From positions 1 through 64,000 of IMG/VR virus record IMGVR_UViG_3300032030_002802: a stretch of 64,000 nt of DNA. The stretch is one strand, 5' to 3'. Position 1 is the first letter of the stretch; each line of letters starts with the position of its first letter. Origin of the DNA: a virus. Lineage: Duplodnaviria > Caudoviricetes. Below are positions 54,141 to 63,998 of the stretch, piece by piece. The translations under genes were made by a program, and so were the position numbers. The notes below the pieces were generated by a model, which was not told the origin of the DNA, did no database searches, and saw nothing but the letters and a program-made list of their open reading frames with translations.

Positions 54141-54615
54141 CTTTAGCCTTTCGCTTCGTCAGTTTCGACCAGCCGCGCGGGTGTTTCATCCGGCGCAACA
54201 CCGCCCCGGACGCGTCGACCAGCGCGTACGCGGACAGGTCGGTCGGCCACTCGATGAACTCAAGCGCCGGCACGACCAGGTCGCGGATGTCCCCGCCGCG
54301 GAACGTGCGCGACGAGTACATCATCTCGCCTCCGTCCGTCTCGGGGAACAGGAGCCCGTCCACGGCGTCTGCACGCCCGCCTTGCAGCTCCGCCGGCGTG
54401 GTCCAGGTGCAATCCACCGGCGGCAGCGCGTACTCGTAGACCATCACGTACCGGTCTATCAGGTGCCCGTTCTCGTCGCGCTGGGAGCAGTCCTCCTCGT
54501 CGAGGTTGTCGCCCGAGCCGAACGCGATGCGCACCATCCCGCGCCCTGGGAGCAGGAGCGTGACCTCAGCGTCCCGGTGCGGGTACACGTTGCAGGGTAT
54601 GTCGTCCAGTTTCAT
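54121..54615 (-). CDS. Hypothetical protein
   Basis: GSGDNL..DGG; GGAGG RBS. Confidence 0.65.
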   Translation of the reverse strand: MKLDDIPCNVYPHRDAEVTLLLPGRGMVRIAFGSGDNLDEEDCSQRDENGHLIDRYVMVYEYALPPVDCTWTTPAELQGGRADAVDGLLFPETDGGEMMYSSRTFRGGDIRDLVVPALEFIEWPTDLSAYALVDASGAVLRRMKHPRGWSKLTKRKAKDGKDEG

Positions 54616-54878
54616 TGCTCCTCCTCGCCGTCCCCGTCTTCGTCGTCCTCCACGTCGCCGGCGTCGGGGTCGGCGTCCGGGTCGTTATTGTCGGACCCGG
54701 TCAGCGGGAGCGGGTCTTCCTCGTTGGTCAGCACGAGCTGCACCGGCTCGCCCGTGTCCGGGTCGCTGTTACGCTGGACGGCCCTGACTGGGACCGCCTC
54801 CTCCCCGTTCAGGGAGATCCGCAGCTCGCGGTGCAGGTCGCTGAGCCTGACCTTGTCAAGCAGTTGCCTTAGCGTCAT
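54612..54878 (-). CDS. Hypothetical protein with acidic tail
   Basis: RBS, coupled. Confidence 0.6.
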   Translation of the reverse strand: MTLRQLLDKVRLSDLHRELRISLNGEEAVPVRAVQRNSDPDTGEPVQLVLTNEEDPLPLTGSDNNDPDADPDAGDVEDDEDGDGEEEQ

Positions 54879-55407
54879 TTGCCTTCTCCTTTTTGCTCCG
54901 CCTCACGAGGCGGTTCATCACCCTCGGCCTGTAGCCGAGCTCCAGTAGCCTGTCCAGCAGCCGCTCGCGCATGGTCGGGTCGTTGCACGGCTTGAGGGCG
55001 TGGTAGTAGGCCATGCACGATTCCTCGCACTTCCCGCGCACCTGGTCCAGCGACAGCATCCACCCGTCCGCGGACCGGCTGTTAGGCACGTCCGGGAGGA
55101 ACGCGACCGGCACCCATTTGCACTCGAACGGGCAGAACCGCTTCCGGAACACGACGCGGGTCTTCGGGACCCGCTCCGCCCAGTAGTCCTCCACGTCGCA
55201 CGCGAGCCCGAAGGCCGGGCGCGAGCAGAACCCGTTTCGCGTGCCGTCGATCGGGCATGTGAGGCGGAACCCGGAGCGCAGGAGGCGCTTCTTGTAGTCC
55301 AGTATCAGCCCCATGTCGTCATCGGTCAGCCCGGTGGCGTCGCCGTTGACGAAGTAGCACGCGGCCCAGCACGGCACGTTGCACACCACAGTGGACCTCG
55401 CGCCCAT
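54856..55407 (-). CDS. Hypothetical protein
   Basis: WAACYFVNGDATGL. Confidence 0.6.
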   Translation of the reverse strand: MGARSTVVCNVPCWAACYFVNGDATGLTDDDMGLILDYKKRLLRSGFRLTCPIDGTRNGFCSRPAFGLACDVEDYWAERVPKTRVVFRKRFCPFECKWVPVAFLPDVPNSRSADGWMLSLDQVRGKCEESCMAYYHALKPCNDPTMRERLLDRLLELGYRPRVMNRLVRRSKKEKANDAKATA

Positions 55408-55904
55408 CACCGCACCTCCTTCTCCCGGCCGTTCGGCCAGTCCCTCGGGGCCCGGAAGAAGTGCATTCCGCGCGTGTTGGTGCCGGTCGGCCCGGACACC
55501 AGGCGTATGCCCCAGCCCTTCTCCCCGAGCTCCTCGGTCAGCTGCGTGAGCCGGGCGAGTCGCTCCGGGGCGTGGATTGCGGCCAAGGCCGCGGCGTAGT
55601 CGAGCGCGGCCCACAGCCGGTCCTCGTACTCCGCTCGTATGGTCTCTTCAGTCTCGGTAGTGGCGTCAGTCACTGTCTCCTCCTTCGCGTTGCCGCTCCC
55701 GGCGCATTTGTCCGGCCCGCCTGTTTCGGCCGCTCCGGCTTTCCTGTTCTCCGATATCGCCCAGGTGTTGACCATCTGGCACTGCTGCTCGGTGAGCCCG
55801 AGCCGCGCTACGACCTTTGCCAGTGCCTCGCGCTTGGTCTGCGCGGCCACCTCATGCCTGCCGGCGTGGCGCGTGTATATCGTGAAGCGTCTGTTCTGCT
55901 GCAT
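55407..55904 (-). CDS. Hypothetical protein
   Basis: GGAG RBS. Confidence 0.5.
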   Translation of the reverse strand: MQQNRRFTIYTRHAGRHEVAAQTKREALAKVVARLGLTEQQCQMVNTWAISENRKAGAAETGGPDKCAGSGNAKEETVTDATTETEETIRAEYEDRLWAALDYAAALAAIHAPERLARLTQLTEELGEKGWGIRLVSGPTGTNTRGMHFFRAPRDWPNGREKEVR

Positions 55905-56262
55905 ATCTCCCCCGTATCGGGGTTTGGCATCTTCTCTCCAGCTCGGCGAGTCTGCCGGCCAGCACGCCGCGCAGCGTGCCGATCGCGTCGTCCATCGACC
56001 TGTGCTGCCTTCCCGCCTCCGTCTCCTGTATGTACAGCATGGCCGGCGACGACCACCTGGACGCGAACCGGTAGCGGTAGTCCCGCAGCGGCATGCCGAG
56101 CATGTCGCGCGAGTCCTGCACCAGCGTGTAGGGCAGGCCGGACTCGCGCAGTATGTCGGACACGGTGGAGTAGTGCATGCGGCTGCATGTCTTCCCCACG
56201 GCCGCGTCCAGTGCGGCGAGCTCGCGGGCGTACGCGTCCCGCTGCTCCTCCGGGGTCATCAT
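55852..56262 (-). CDS. Hypothetical protein
   Basis: MMTPEEQ..., coupled. Confidence 0.55.
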   Translation of the reverse strand: MMTPEEQRDAYARELAALDAAVGKTCSRMHYSTVSDILRESGLPYTLVQDSRDMLGMPLRDYRYRFASRWSSPAMLYIQETEAGRQHRSMDDAIGTLRGVLAGRLAELERRCQTPIRGRYAAEQTLHDIHAPRRQA

Positions 56263-56534
56263 TCCGACTCCTCCGGGCCCTCGGTCTCGGCCACACACAG
56301 CGTCCTGCTCGGCGCGCTCCCGGCGAACCAGGCGTCCCACGAGCGGCCCTCGCGGCGCAGTACGGCGAGGAGCCGGCTGCGCAGCCAGATGGAGTCGGCC
56401 GCCGTCCACCCGGACAGGTCGATCTCGGCGCGGGAGCAGTCCGGCGCCCGCACCACCGGCGGGACCGGCAGCTTCATCTTCGGGCACGTCTCGGCCAGCG
56501 CGGCGTCGACGCTGAGCAGTTCGTTGCACGTCAT
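56259..56534 (-). CDS. Hypothetical protein
   Basis: MTCNELL..., coupled. Confidence 0.5.
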   Translation of the reverse strand: MTCNELLSVDAALAETCPKMKLPVPPVVRAPDCSRAEIDLSGWTAADSIWLRSRLLAVLRREGRSWDAWFAGSAPSRTLCVAETEGPEESE

Positions 56535-57580
56535 GCGCCGGCCCCCCACAGCCTGCGGACGGCGGCCGAGACCTTCTCGTCCCACTCCTTCCTGTGCTCG
56601 CCGAGGAGCTCGCACACGGCGGCGTCGCCCTTGCCGATGTTCTCGGCGATGATCTCGCGCTCCTCCTCCTTCACGCCGGCGACGTACTTCTCCACGCGCT
56701 CCGTGAACCGCTCGGCGGTGGCCTTCGCGTGCGCCGCGTTCTCGGGGCTCGAGAATGGTGCGGCGACGTACTTGTCGCGCTCCCCCTTCACCTGCGCCAG
56801 GAACTCGCCGAGCGGGCACATGTGGCTCCCGAAGCGCTTGCGGACGTCCTCGTCGTCGAGGACGGTGCAGAACTCGGACAGCGAGCCGTTGCCGCGGAGG
56901 TGCTCGACCATCCGCTCAGTCACCCACATCATGTCGTGCTTCCCGTCGAAGTCCTCGGGGTACTCTATGCGCCACAGCAGCGCCAGCACCGCCGAGATCT
57001 CCTGCGAGTCGTTGTCCCCGTCGCCGTTGCGCAGGTGCCCGATCGCGTCCTCGAGGTCGGCCATCAGGGCCTCCTCCACCTCCGCGTCGGTGGACAGCGG
57101 CTCGCCGTAGTGCCTGTGCCGCCACTGGTCGCGCGACAGGAGCTGCACGCGGTCCAGCATCTTCGACCGGAACCCGTCGTGCGACACCCAGTGGTCTATG
57201 CAGTGGTCCACTATCGTCTTCCGGTTGGAGGGACGCGTGAGCTCCGCCAGCGCCTTGCCGTAGAACGTGTCGTCGACGGTCACCTCCAGGTCTAGCCAGT
57301 CGGTCCCGAAGTTGTACTCGCGTGGCGAGTTGAACCTCGTGGCCTTGATTGCCGTCACCCCGTAGCTGGCGAGCGGCTTGTCGGCGTCGAACACCAGGTT
57401 CGCCTCGTGGACCAGCCGCTCGCCGAACTTCCTGGCGTCGTAGTCGTCGCAGACCAGGCGGCCCTCCTCCCGCTCGGACTCCGCGTCGGGCGCCCACATG
57501 CCGTCGTAGCTGAAGACGCCGGAGTACGTGTCCACGTCCACGATCATCGCCACGGTCGTGTATGCAGTGAATGTTTGCAT
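56531..57580 (-). CDS. Hypothetical phage protein
   Basis: 349 aa; SPREYNFGTD, SHDGF. Confidence 0.75.
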   Translation of the reverse strand: MQTFTAYTTVAMIVDVDTYSGVFSYDGMWAPDAESEREEGRLVCDDYDARKFGERLVHEANLVFDADKPLASYGVTAIKATRFNSPREYNFGTDWLDLEVTVDDTFYGKALAELTRPSNRKTIVDHCIDHWVSHDGFRSKMLDRVQLLSRDQWRHRHYGEPLSTDAEVEEALMADLEDAIGHLRNGDGDNDSQEISAVLALLWRIEYPEDFDGKHDMMWVTERMVEHLRGNGSLSEFCTVLDDEDVRKRFGSHMCPLGEFLAQVKGERDKYVAAPFSSPENAAHAKATAERFTERVEKYVAGVKEEEREIIAENIGKGDAAVCELLGEHRKEWDEKVSAAVRRLWGAGA

Positions 57581-57596
57581 CGCCTCATCTCCCTGT

Positions 57597-57848
57597 TCAG
57601 TCGAACCAGACGGAACCCTGGTACCTGGTGTCCGCCATGACCGGCGCGTCCGGCACGTGGCCCGGCTGCCTGTCGGCTATGGCCTCGGCGAGGGATTCGC
57701 GCACGAGGCGCTCGTCGTCCTCGCTCCTCGCCAGCGCCGTGTCTCCCGGCTCGTGCGGTTTCGGCAGGGGCTTCGCGTACCGCCGCGCTACCCGTGCCAC
57801 CTGGTCCCGCGTCATGCCGATCTCGGCGAGCATCGACTTCGTGCTCAT
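57597..57848 (-). CDS. Hypothetical protein
   Basis: Coupled ORF. Confidence 0.6.
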   Translation of the reverse strand: MSTKSMLAEIGMTRDQVARVARRYAKPLPKPHEPGDTALARSEDDERLVRESLAEAIADRQPGHVPDAPVMADTRYQGSVWFD

Positions 57849-58180
57849 TCCGCCGCCTCCCCGCTGTGCAGTTCGTTGACGACCTCCTCCATGGTCGACG
57901 CCTTGTCCAGCCCGAAGCTCCAGCGCATGTTGCTGACGCCGCCGGTGACGGTCTCCTGGTCCTTATCGGTGGTCCGGTCGTATCCGGCGAACAGGACGGC
58001 GACGTCCACGACTATCGCGTTGAACGTCTCCTCGTCCACGCCCGACAGCCTGGTCCTGCCGGCGACCGCGCGCAGCATGTTGTGTGCGAACCACACGGCG
58101 GCGGAGCTCACGCTGTCGAACAGCTCGGGCTCGTTCTCGACGCCGTCGCGGTCGGAGTTCAGCACGACTATGTCCGACAT
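57845..58180 (-). CDS. Hypothetical protein
   Basis: MSDIVVL..., GGAGG RBS. Confidence 0.6.
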   Translation of the reverse strand: MSDIVVLNSDRDGVENEPELFDSVSSAAVWFAHNMLRAVAGRTRLSGVDEETFNAIVVDVAVLFAGYDRTTDKDQETVTGGVSNMRWSFGLDKASTMEEVVNELHSGEAAE

Positions 58181-59031
58181 TTTCGCACCTCCTCCCGCGC
58201 CTTGAGCACGTCCTCGACCCGCGCGACGTTCATCTCGTGGAACGTCTTGCCGAGCAGCGTGCGGGCGGCCTTCTCGGCCTCGCCCTTCGTCTTGAACCGC
58301 CTGGCCTCGCCCAGGTCGGCGGTCAGCACGTCGCTGCCGCGCCCGTGGGGGATTATGCGCTTCGCGAACCCGAACACGAACTCGCCCTGCTCGTCCAGGT
58401 ATATCGGGCACTGCACGACGAACTCGCCGGTCTCGCCGGTCTCGCCGGTCTCGCCGGTCTCGCTCGTCCTGAGGCCGCGCGCGAACTTCCTTAGGGACTT
58501 GCCTCCCTCACCGAACACGAACATCATGCTCACGTCGGACACGAGGCTCGCTTTCTTGCCCGGCATGTCGATGCCACGCGCGACCTTCACGGAGATCGTT
58601 GGCTCCTCGTAGTACCCACCGCCGACGGTGCTGTTGGCCATGTTTGCTCCAGTCTCGTAGAACGTGACCTCGTACGAGGTCGCCGAGCGCCCTACCCGTG
58701 GCAGCACGAGCGCGATGAACTTGTCGATCGGCAGGGCTCCGTACGCCAGCGTCTGGTACAGGCCGCCGTCGACGGTGTCGTCCGGAACGGCCGTGCCGTC
58801 CGGCGTCAGGGTCATGCCGATCCTGACGAGCCGCAGCTCGACGTACCGCTTGATGCGGCGGGCGTCGGCGGACTCGGCCCGCGCGGTGAGCGCCAGCGCC
58901 TCGAACCTGCCGTCGTCCCTAGTCTCGCGCGCCGGCAGCAGCGGCATGGCCGGCGACACCCAGTAGTTTCCGTTGCCCTGCTGCACCGTGTCCACCCATG
59001 GCGGAAGTGCCTCTGTCCCTATCACCCTCAT
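58168..59031 (-). CDS. Hypothetical protein with ETG tandem repeat
   Basis: 9-bp unit x4 at ~58423-58462. Confidence 0.6.
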   Translation of the reverse strand: MRVIGTEALPPWVDTVQQGNGNYWVSPAMPLLPARETRDDGRFEALALTARAESADARRIKRYVELRLVRIGMTLTPDGTAVPDDTVDGGLYQTLAYGALPIDKFIALVLPRVGRSATSYEVTFYETGANMANSTVGGGYYEEPTISVKVARGIDMPGKKASLVSDVSMMFVFGEGGKSLRKFARGLRTSETGETGETGETGEFVVQCPIYLDEQGEFVFGFAKRIIPHGRGSDVLTADLGEARRFKTKGEAEKAARTLLGKTFHEMNVARVEDVLKAREEVRKCRT

Positions 59032-59327
59032 CCCCGCACCTCCTCGATTCCGGCCTGCTCCAGCAGGTCTCTGTACTCGTCCAGCCCTTCGCCCGGCTTG
59101 GCCGCGCGCATGCGCTCGAACACCGCGAGCAGCTCGTCGCCGCAGGCGGCCACCGTCAGCCTGTAGTGCGCGTACTCCACGCCCGGCTCGTCCCAGTTCG
59201 GCCCCTGTATGTAGCCCTGCAGCCGTTTCGGCTCCTGGACGTATCCGGGGTTGACGTCCAGCAGGTGCTTCGCCCACCGCTTGAACTGCACAAGCAGCGG
59301 GCCATCTTTCTTGGTTATCCTCTTCAT
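59028..59327 (-). CDS. Hypothetical protein
   Basis: RBS. Confidence 0.65.
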   Translation of the reverse strand: MKRITKKDGPLLVQFKRWAKHLLDVNPGYVQEPKRLQGYIQGPNWDEPGVEYAHYRLTVAACGDELLAVFERMRAAKPGEGLDEYRDLLEQAGIEEVRG

Positions 59328-59343
59328 CCGTTTTCCTTTCTTG

Positions 59344-59700
59344 TCATTTGAAGACCAGCTGGCTGTTTTTCGTGGCCTCGTGCGCCCGCTCCATGGTCCT
59401 GACGTAGTCCGGTATCGTCAGCCCGTTTATCCTCGGCTCCTTCGCGCGACCCCCGTCGGCAGCCGGTTCCTCGTCTGCGGACGCGGCATCCCACGGCGAC
59501 GCGTCCGCCAGCTCCAGCTCGGTTGTGACCCGGACCTCGCGTACGCGCGCACGGTCGTCGACATGCCCGGCCGCATTGGCCGCCAGGTCGCGGTGGATCC
59601 ACATGTCCGCATTGCCGAGATCCTCGCCCCATACGCCTCCCTGGCAGACGAACCTGCCGTCACGGCGCTGGATCACCCAGCGCGTGGTTTGTCTCTTCAT
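59344..59700 (-). CDS. Hypothetical protein
   Basis: RBS region shares 16 bp with that of 59028-59327. Confidence 0.6.
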   Translation of the reverse strand: MKRQTTRWVIQRRDGRFVCQGGVWGEDLGNADMWIHRDLAANAAGHVDDRARVREVRVTTELELADASPWDAASADEEPAADGGRAKEPRINGLTIPDYVRTMERAHEATKNSQLVFK

Positions 59701-59716
59701 CTGTTTTCCTTTCTTG

Positions 59717-60022
59717 TCACGAGAATCCGTGGGCCTGGTACTCGCTCCCTTTGAAGCACACCCGCTTGACGATGCGGGCGAACAGCTTCACCATGTCCTC
59801 GAACGTCTCGTCGTCCGCGAACGACTCGTAGTAGTCCAGCCGTTCGGCAGGGCTCGTGTCGTCCATCACGTCGAACGGGCCGCCGTCCGGCACGCCGAGC
59901 ATGAGCCAGGCCTCGATGTCGCACTCGTCGTTCAGGTGGTGCATGATGCAGTCCATCGCGCACAGCACCGCCGCCCGGCTTTTCACCCGCTCGCCATCGT
60001 GTTTGTCGAGATTGTCCGCCAT
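59717..60022 (-). CDS. Hypothetical phage protein
   Basis: LNDE..WLMLGVPDG. Confidence 0.7.
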   Translation of the reverse strand: MADNLDKHDGERVKSRAAVLCAMDCIMHHLNDECDIEAWLMLGVPDGGPFDVMDDTSPAERLDYYESFADDETFEDMVKLFARIVKRVCFKGSEYQAHGFS

Positions 60023-60023
60023 G

Positions 60024-60299
60024 TCACTCCTCCACTACCGCTGCCTGCAGCGTGATCTTGACCGGCCTGAGCCTGTGGATCTCGCTTCTCGGCATGGTGG
60101 ACGTCACCATGCCCGCCAGGCCCCGGTCGGAGCCCAGGCACTCCTGCGCCAGCTCCCGCGTCTTGAACGTCTCCGCCGCCAGCGGGTTGCTGGACCACGT
60201 CCAGCGGCGCGCGGATTTCCTGGCGTACAGCACGACGTTGTCCGTCGCCGTGATGCCGAGCACCCACGTGCAGCTGTCGGTGAAGTCGCGCGCCCTCAT
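60024..60299 (-). CDS. Hypothetical protein
   Basis: Coupled ORF. Confidence 0.55.
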   Translation of the reverse strand: MRARDFTDSCTWVLGITATDNVVLYARKSARRWTWSSNPLAAETFKTRELAQECLGSDRGLAGMVTSTMPRSEIHRLRPVKITLQAAVVEE

Positions 60300-60658
60300 G
60301 CCGCGGCCCTCGGTTCGATCATCCACTCGCCCGTGTCATAGTCCATGTACGCGTCAACCTGTTTGTAGAGCCAGCCTGGCAGCCGGTTGTCGACCCACTG
60401 CGGGCACAGCTCCAGCAGCTCGCCCACGCAGCGCACGTCGACGCCGTTGACGAACTCTACGATCCTGGCCTTGAGCAGGTTGTACGCACTCGGGCATTTC
60501 GGGTCGAATGACTGCCGCGTCGCCAGGATCGTGCCGTCGTCAAGGTACTTCTTGACTACTGCCGCCGCGAACTTGGCGTTGGCCTGCAGTGCCGGAAGCC
60601 GGTCGATGTTCTCGAGCACGATCTTCTTGACGCGCCCGAACGGGATCACTCTCTCCAT
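60296..60658 (-). CDS. Hypothetical protein
   Basis: AGGAGG RBS. Confidence 0.65.
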   Translation of the reverse strand: MERVIPFGRVKKIVLENIDRLPALQANAKFAAAVVKKYLDDGTILATRQSFDPKCPSAYNLLKARIVEFVNGVDVRCVGELLELCPQWVDNRLPGWLYKQVDAYMDYDTGEWMIEPRAAA

Positions 60659-60666
60659 TGCTCCTC

Positions 60667-60915
60667 CTAGCCTGTCATGTAGTTGTATTTCGTGGCCCCG
60701 TCGCCGGTCAGCAGGAACTTCGGGACCGTGCCGTCGAACGGGATGTTGGCGCCGCGGAACGCCTCCCTCCCCTCCTCCAGGTCGTACCGCACGAAGAACC
60801 AGCCCTCGTTCGGCCCGTAGAACGACCAGTACTCCATGTACTTTCCGTTCACGGAGTACTCGTACACGCCGGTCTCCTCGGCGCGCACGAGGGCCCGCTG
60901 CTCATTGGGCGTCAC
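60667..60915 (-). CDS. Hypothetical protein
   Basis: GTG start, aromatic-rich. Confidence 0.6.
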   Translation of the reverse strand: MTPNEQRALVRAEETGVYEYSVNGKYMEYWSFYGPNEGWFFVRYDLEEGREAFRGANIPFDGTVPKFLLTGDGATKYNYMTG

Positions 60916-61370
60916 TGCCCAGCCTCTTTCTGGTTGACGATGTTCACCATGGCCTGCCTGATCCCGTCGGCGGTGTGAGGCGGCAGCCTGAGCCGCAGCA
61001 CCACGGTCTTGATAATTGGCGAGTCGTCCTCCGGCGACAGCGTGACCTCCGGGTACTTGTCCCCGTACAGCTTCCGCTCGCGCAGCCCGGCGCGCATGAA
61101 CAGGCGCTTGACGACGAGCTGGCAGACGGTGCGCCAGTGCGCGACGGTCATCCGCTCTATCACGTCGTCGACCCCGCACGTCGGCCCGAACGAGTTGTGG
61201 TACTGCAGCTCGAGGTCGCACCACAGGACGTGGACGGCGTGCTCCTCGCACCAGACTATCGCGTCGGCCATGATGTCGGCGGCCTCGTCGCAGTCGTCGG
61301 CCGCTGCTATCCGCCTGGCGAACTCGCACTCGTCGTTGTAGGCCAGCTGTTTCAGGTTCTTGTCACTCAT
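60912..61370 (-). CDS. Hypothetical protein
   Basis: AGGAG RBS. Confidence 0.65.
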   Translation of the reverse strand: MSDKNLKQLAYNDECEFARRIAAADDCDEAADIMADAIVWCEEHAVHVLWCDLELQYHNSFGPTCGVDDVIERMTVAHWRTVCQLVVKRLFMRAGLRERKLYGDKYPEVTLSPEDDSPIIKTVVLRLRLPPHTADGIRQAMVNIVNQKEAGQ

Positions 61371-61548
61371 AGTACTTCTCTCCTGTCAGGCGCTCCCACC
61401 TTCTGCACACGGCCCGTATGGACCGTGTGCAGGCTCCGGCGAAGCGCATGCCCCACATGAACTCCCATATCTCCGGCCTGCCCAGCTTCGCGATGTCGGC
61501 GTCGCGCACGTCCCTCGACGTTCGCTTATCTAGGCCCAGCCTGATCAT
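61363..61548 (-). CDS. Hypothetical protein
   Basis: MIRLGLDK..., coupled. Confidence 0.5.
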   Translation of the reverse strand: MIRLGLDKRTSRDVRDADIAKLGRPEIWEFMWGMRFAGACTRSIRAVCRRWERLTGEKYYE

Positions 61549-62243
61549 TCCGCCTCCCCGTCGTACGGCAGCTGGCCCCACTGGAACTTGCACTCGCTGG
61601 AGCTCAGCCGGCACGTGCAGCAGACGTGCGCGGCGCAGAACGCGTCGAACCGCCTTTTCTGCTCCGAGGCCGTGCCGACGTCGCAGTTCCGGCGCGGCGC
61701 GGCGAGTGCGCGGACGACCATCCCCCTCAGCTCGTCCACGCCTTCGCAGGCCGTGCACTTGTCGCCGGGGCACAGCGTCGGATGCCCGTGCCTCGACACG
61801 TTGCCGAGGAACAGCTCGCACTGCACAAGTGCCTCGCGCGGCGTTATCGCCCCGTCGGGGGCCGTCTGGCCGTCGCCCCGCGCACTGCACGCCTGGCGGC
61901 GCTCGGCGCGACACAGGGAGAGGCGGGCCTCCACTCGTATGTCGCAGTCGGCGCCTTTGTCGCGCACGGTGATGGTGACCGGCGCATCGCACTCGACGCC
62001 AGCCCGCTCGGCGAACCCGCGGACCCACCCGGCCGTCCTGCCGAGGTCGCCGACGTCAACGACGAAGCGGCGCGTGACCGTCAGCACGGCCTTGTCCCCG
62101 TCCATACGCAGGGTGTCGTCCTGGTCCCAGAGCGGCCGGCCCTTATCGTCGCACGCGATCTCGTCTCCGCCGGAGTCGTACAGGTCCGGGTGCGGGGTGT
62201 CGCGCACGTAGGCCGCGAACAGGTACCTGAGCTGCTGTATCAT
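61545..62243 (-). CDS. Hypothetical protein with Cys-rich C-terminus
   Basis: PRRNCDVGT..C..C..WGQLPY. Confidence 0.6.
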   Translation of the reverse strand: MIQQLRYLFAAYVRDTPHPDLYDSGGDEIACDDKGRPLWDQDDTLRMDGDKAVLTVTRRFVVDVGDLGRTAGWVRGFAERAGVECDAPVTITVRDKGADCDIRVEARLSLCRAERRQACSARGDGQTAPDGAITPREALVQCELFLGNVSRHGHPTLCPGDKCTACEGVDELRGMVVRALAAPRRNCDVGTASEQKRRFDAFCAAHVCCTCRLSSSECKFQWGQLPYDGEAE

Positions 62244-62440
62244 CGCGGCTCCTCTGGCAGCAGCTCGCCCGCGAAGCACATCTTGTACTTCGAGTAGCGG
62301 CGTTCCCTGAACCCGCTCGAGCACGACTTGTCGCCGTTTCCGCCCCTGACGCAGTACGCGCACGGCACTGGCTGCGAGCGCCTGCTCGGCCTGAGGCTCT
62401 CCTCGGCCTTGATCCGCTCCTTCACTTCTGCGTATTTCAT
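62240..62440 (-). CDS. Small Cys-containing protein
   Basis: CAYC; RBS. Confidence 0.6.
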   Translation of the reverse strand: MKYAEVKERIKAEESLRPSRRSQPVPCAYCVRGGNGDKSCSSGFRERRYSKYKMCFAGELLPEEPR

Positions 62441-62452
62441 GCTGTCTCCTCT

Positions 62453-62599
62453 CTAGTTCATTATTCTGGTCATGATCGCGGCGCCGGCCTGTATCGCCTT
62501 CAGCAGGAATATCCCGACCGATATGACGCACAGCGCCGCCGCCATGCACGCTAGCGCGTTCTTCGCCGCCCGGCCGATTCTGCGGAGGGCGGCGGTCAT
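62453..62599 (-). CDS. Small membrane protein
   Basis: Single hydrophobic segment. Confidence 0.5.
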   Translation of the reverse strand: MTAALRRIGRAAKNALACMAAALCVISVGIFLLKAIQAGAAIMTRIMN

Positions 62600-63105
62600 G
62601 TGCGCTCCCCCTCGCCGCATACCTCGCGGACGCACCACTTGCACTCCTCGACGAGCGCGAGCAGCGAGTGGTGCTGGCCCGGGTCGGAGTCGAGCTTCAG
62701 CAGCCGCTGCACGAGCCCGGCGACGTCCCGGCACCTGTGCGCGAGCTCGCGGCGGACGAGCACGCCGGCGGCCTTCGGGTCGCCGTTCACGGGGTCGTCG
62801 ATCTCGGCGCCGGCGACGACGTGGTACGCGGCCGCGGTCTCCCAGTGCTGGAACCCGGCATCCAGGAGGAGCCCGATCCCCATGGTCGGGCCGAACGTCT
62901 TCAGGATCGTGGTGGCGAAGAAGAAGCCGTTGGTCCTGTCCTTGCTGCCCCGGAGTTCGTACGGGATGTCGTGGGTGCAGAGGAACAGCCGCACTGCGTC
63001 GGCCTTGTTCTTCGCGTCCATGCACGCGGCCAGCAGCCCCTCGCGGAACCTCTTGACCTCGTCTCTCTCCTCGGTCTTCTTGGTCTTCTCGGTCTTTTCG
63101 CTCAT
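62596..63105 (-). CDS. Hypothetical protein
   Basis: MSEKTEK..., RBS. Confidence 0.6.
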   Translation of the reverse strand: MSEKTEKTKKTEERDEVKRFREGLLAACMDAKNKADAVRLFLCTHDIPYELRGSKDRTNGFFFATTILKTFGPTMGIGLLLDAGFQHWETAAAYHVVAGAEIDDPVNGDPKAAGVLVRRELAHRCRDVAGLVQRLLKLDSDPGQHHSLLALVEECKWCVREVCGEGERT

Positions 63106-63299
63106 AGTCCGGTCTCCCTCTTGCGTACGGTCTCGGAGATCTTGTCCTGGTGCGCCCGGAACACGGCCAGCGCGTCGTCGAAGACGGCGCACGAGGCGGA
63201 CTTGGCCCCGCGCTCGTACACGCCGTAGCCCCCGTCGTCGTGCCGCATCAGGTCGAGCGTCCGCTCCCCCGCGCGGAAGAACATCACCTGCACCGCCAT
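63102..63299 (-). CDS. Hypothetical protein
   Basis: MAVQVMF..., coupled. Confidence 0.55.
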   Translation of the reverse strand: MAVQVMFFRAGERTLDLMRHDDGGYGVYERGAKSASCAVFDDALAVFRAHQDKISETVRKRETGL

Positions 63300-63649
63300 C
63301 AGTCGGCCTCCGGAAGCAGCCTGTCGCAGTACCCCATGTCGCCTCCGTGCTCGTCGATCGACAGCACGACGTCCTCCGGCCTGTGCGCGGTAACCATGAC
63401 CGTGGCGTTGACGCCGAGGTTGCCCTCGACGTCCCCGATGCAGATGCGCGTGTCCAGCCCCTTCGAGAACTCCGTGGTGCTCACGAGCTCGACGAGCTGC
63501 CTCACCGTCATCTCGCCCATGTGCTCCGTGTTCTCGATGAACGGGTTGCACGTCTTGGCCGGTCTCGCCGTCGGTTTCGCGGGTTTCGCCTGTTTCGCGG
63601 GTTTTGCCTGTTTCGCCGCCGGCTTAGCCTTGCTTTTCTTCTGTGCCAC
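63299..63649 (-). CDS. Hypothetical protein with AKQAKP repeats
   Basis: GTG start, GGAGG RBS. Confidence 0.6.
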   Translation of the reverse strand: MAQKKSKAKPAAKQAKPAKQAKPAKPTARPAKTCNPFIENTEHMGEMTVRQLVELVSTTEFSKGLDTRICIGDVEGNLGVNATVMVTAHRPEDVVLSIDEHGGDMGYCDRLLPEAD

Positions 63650-63998
63650 GTCTGTCCTCCTTCTTGACCTTCCAATTGTCCTTCTCGGTATACGCAGTCG
63701 CCACCAGTCTCTCGTTGTCGGTGCCGAGCGCCCTGTGCGCCGCCTGGATCGCGTTGAACAGGCGGTAGAACACCTTGGCCCTGCCCCTGTCCTCGACCCA
63801 TGTCGGCTTGCCGTCCGCGTCGTCACCCGCGTAGAAGCTGCACGGCGTCGCCGCGGGCGTGTGCACGATGAACTCAGGGATCGTGTACTCGTACGCGTCC
63901 AGCCCGCGGTCCTTGTCCGCGACCAGGCACACGTCTGGCATGTAGTAGACCGGGATGTCGGGGTCGCGCGTGAACTCGATGTCGTCGGCGTGCTCCGT
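63624..63998 (-). CDS. Hypothetical protein, partial (open to right edge)
   Basis: Frame stays open upstream of 63941. Confidence 0.55.
   Translation of the reverse strand, partial: TEHADDIEFTRDPDIPVYYMPDVCLVADKDRGLDAYEYTIPEFIVHTPAATPCSFYAGDDADGKPTWVEDRGRAKVFYRLFNAIQAAHRALGTDNERLVATAYTEKDNWKVKKEDRRGTEEKQG

Noticed and set aside
12896-57110. Long + strand ORFs (e.g. 12896-14356, 29986-31653, 33920-35584, 55461-57110)
   Set aside because: Antisense shadows of GC3-rich minus-strand genes with no recognisable motifs.
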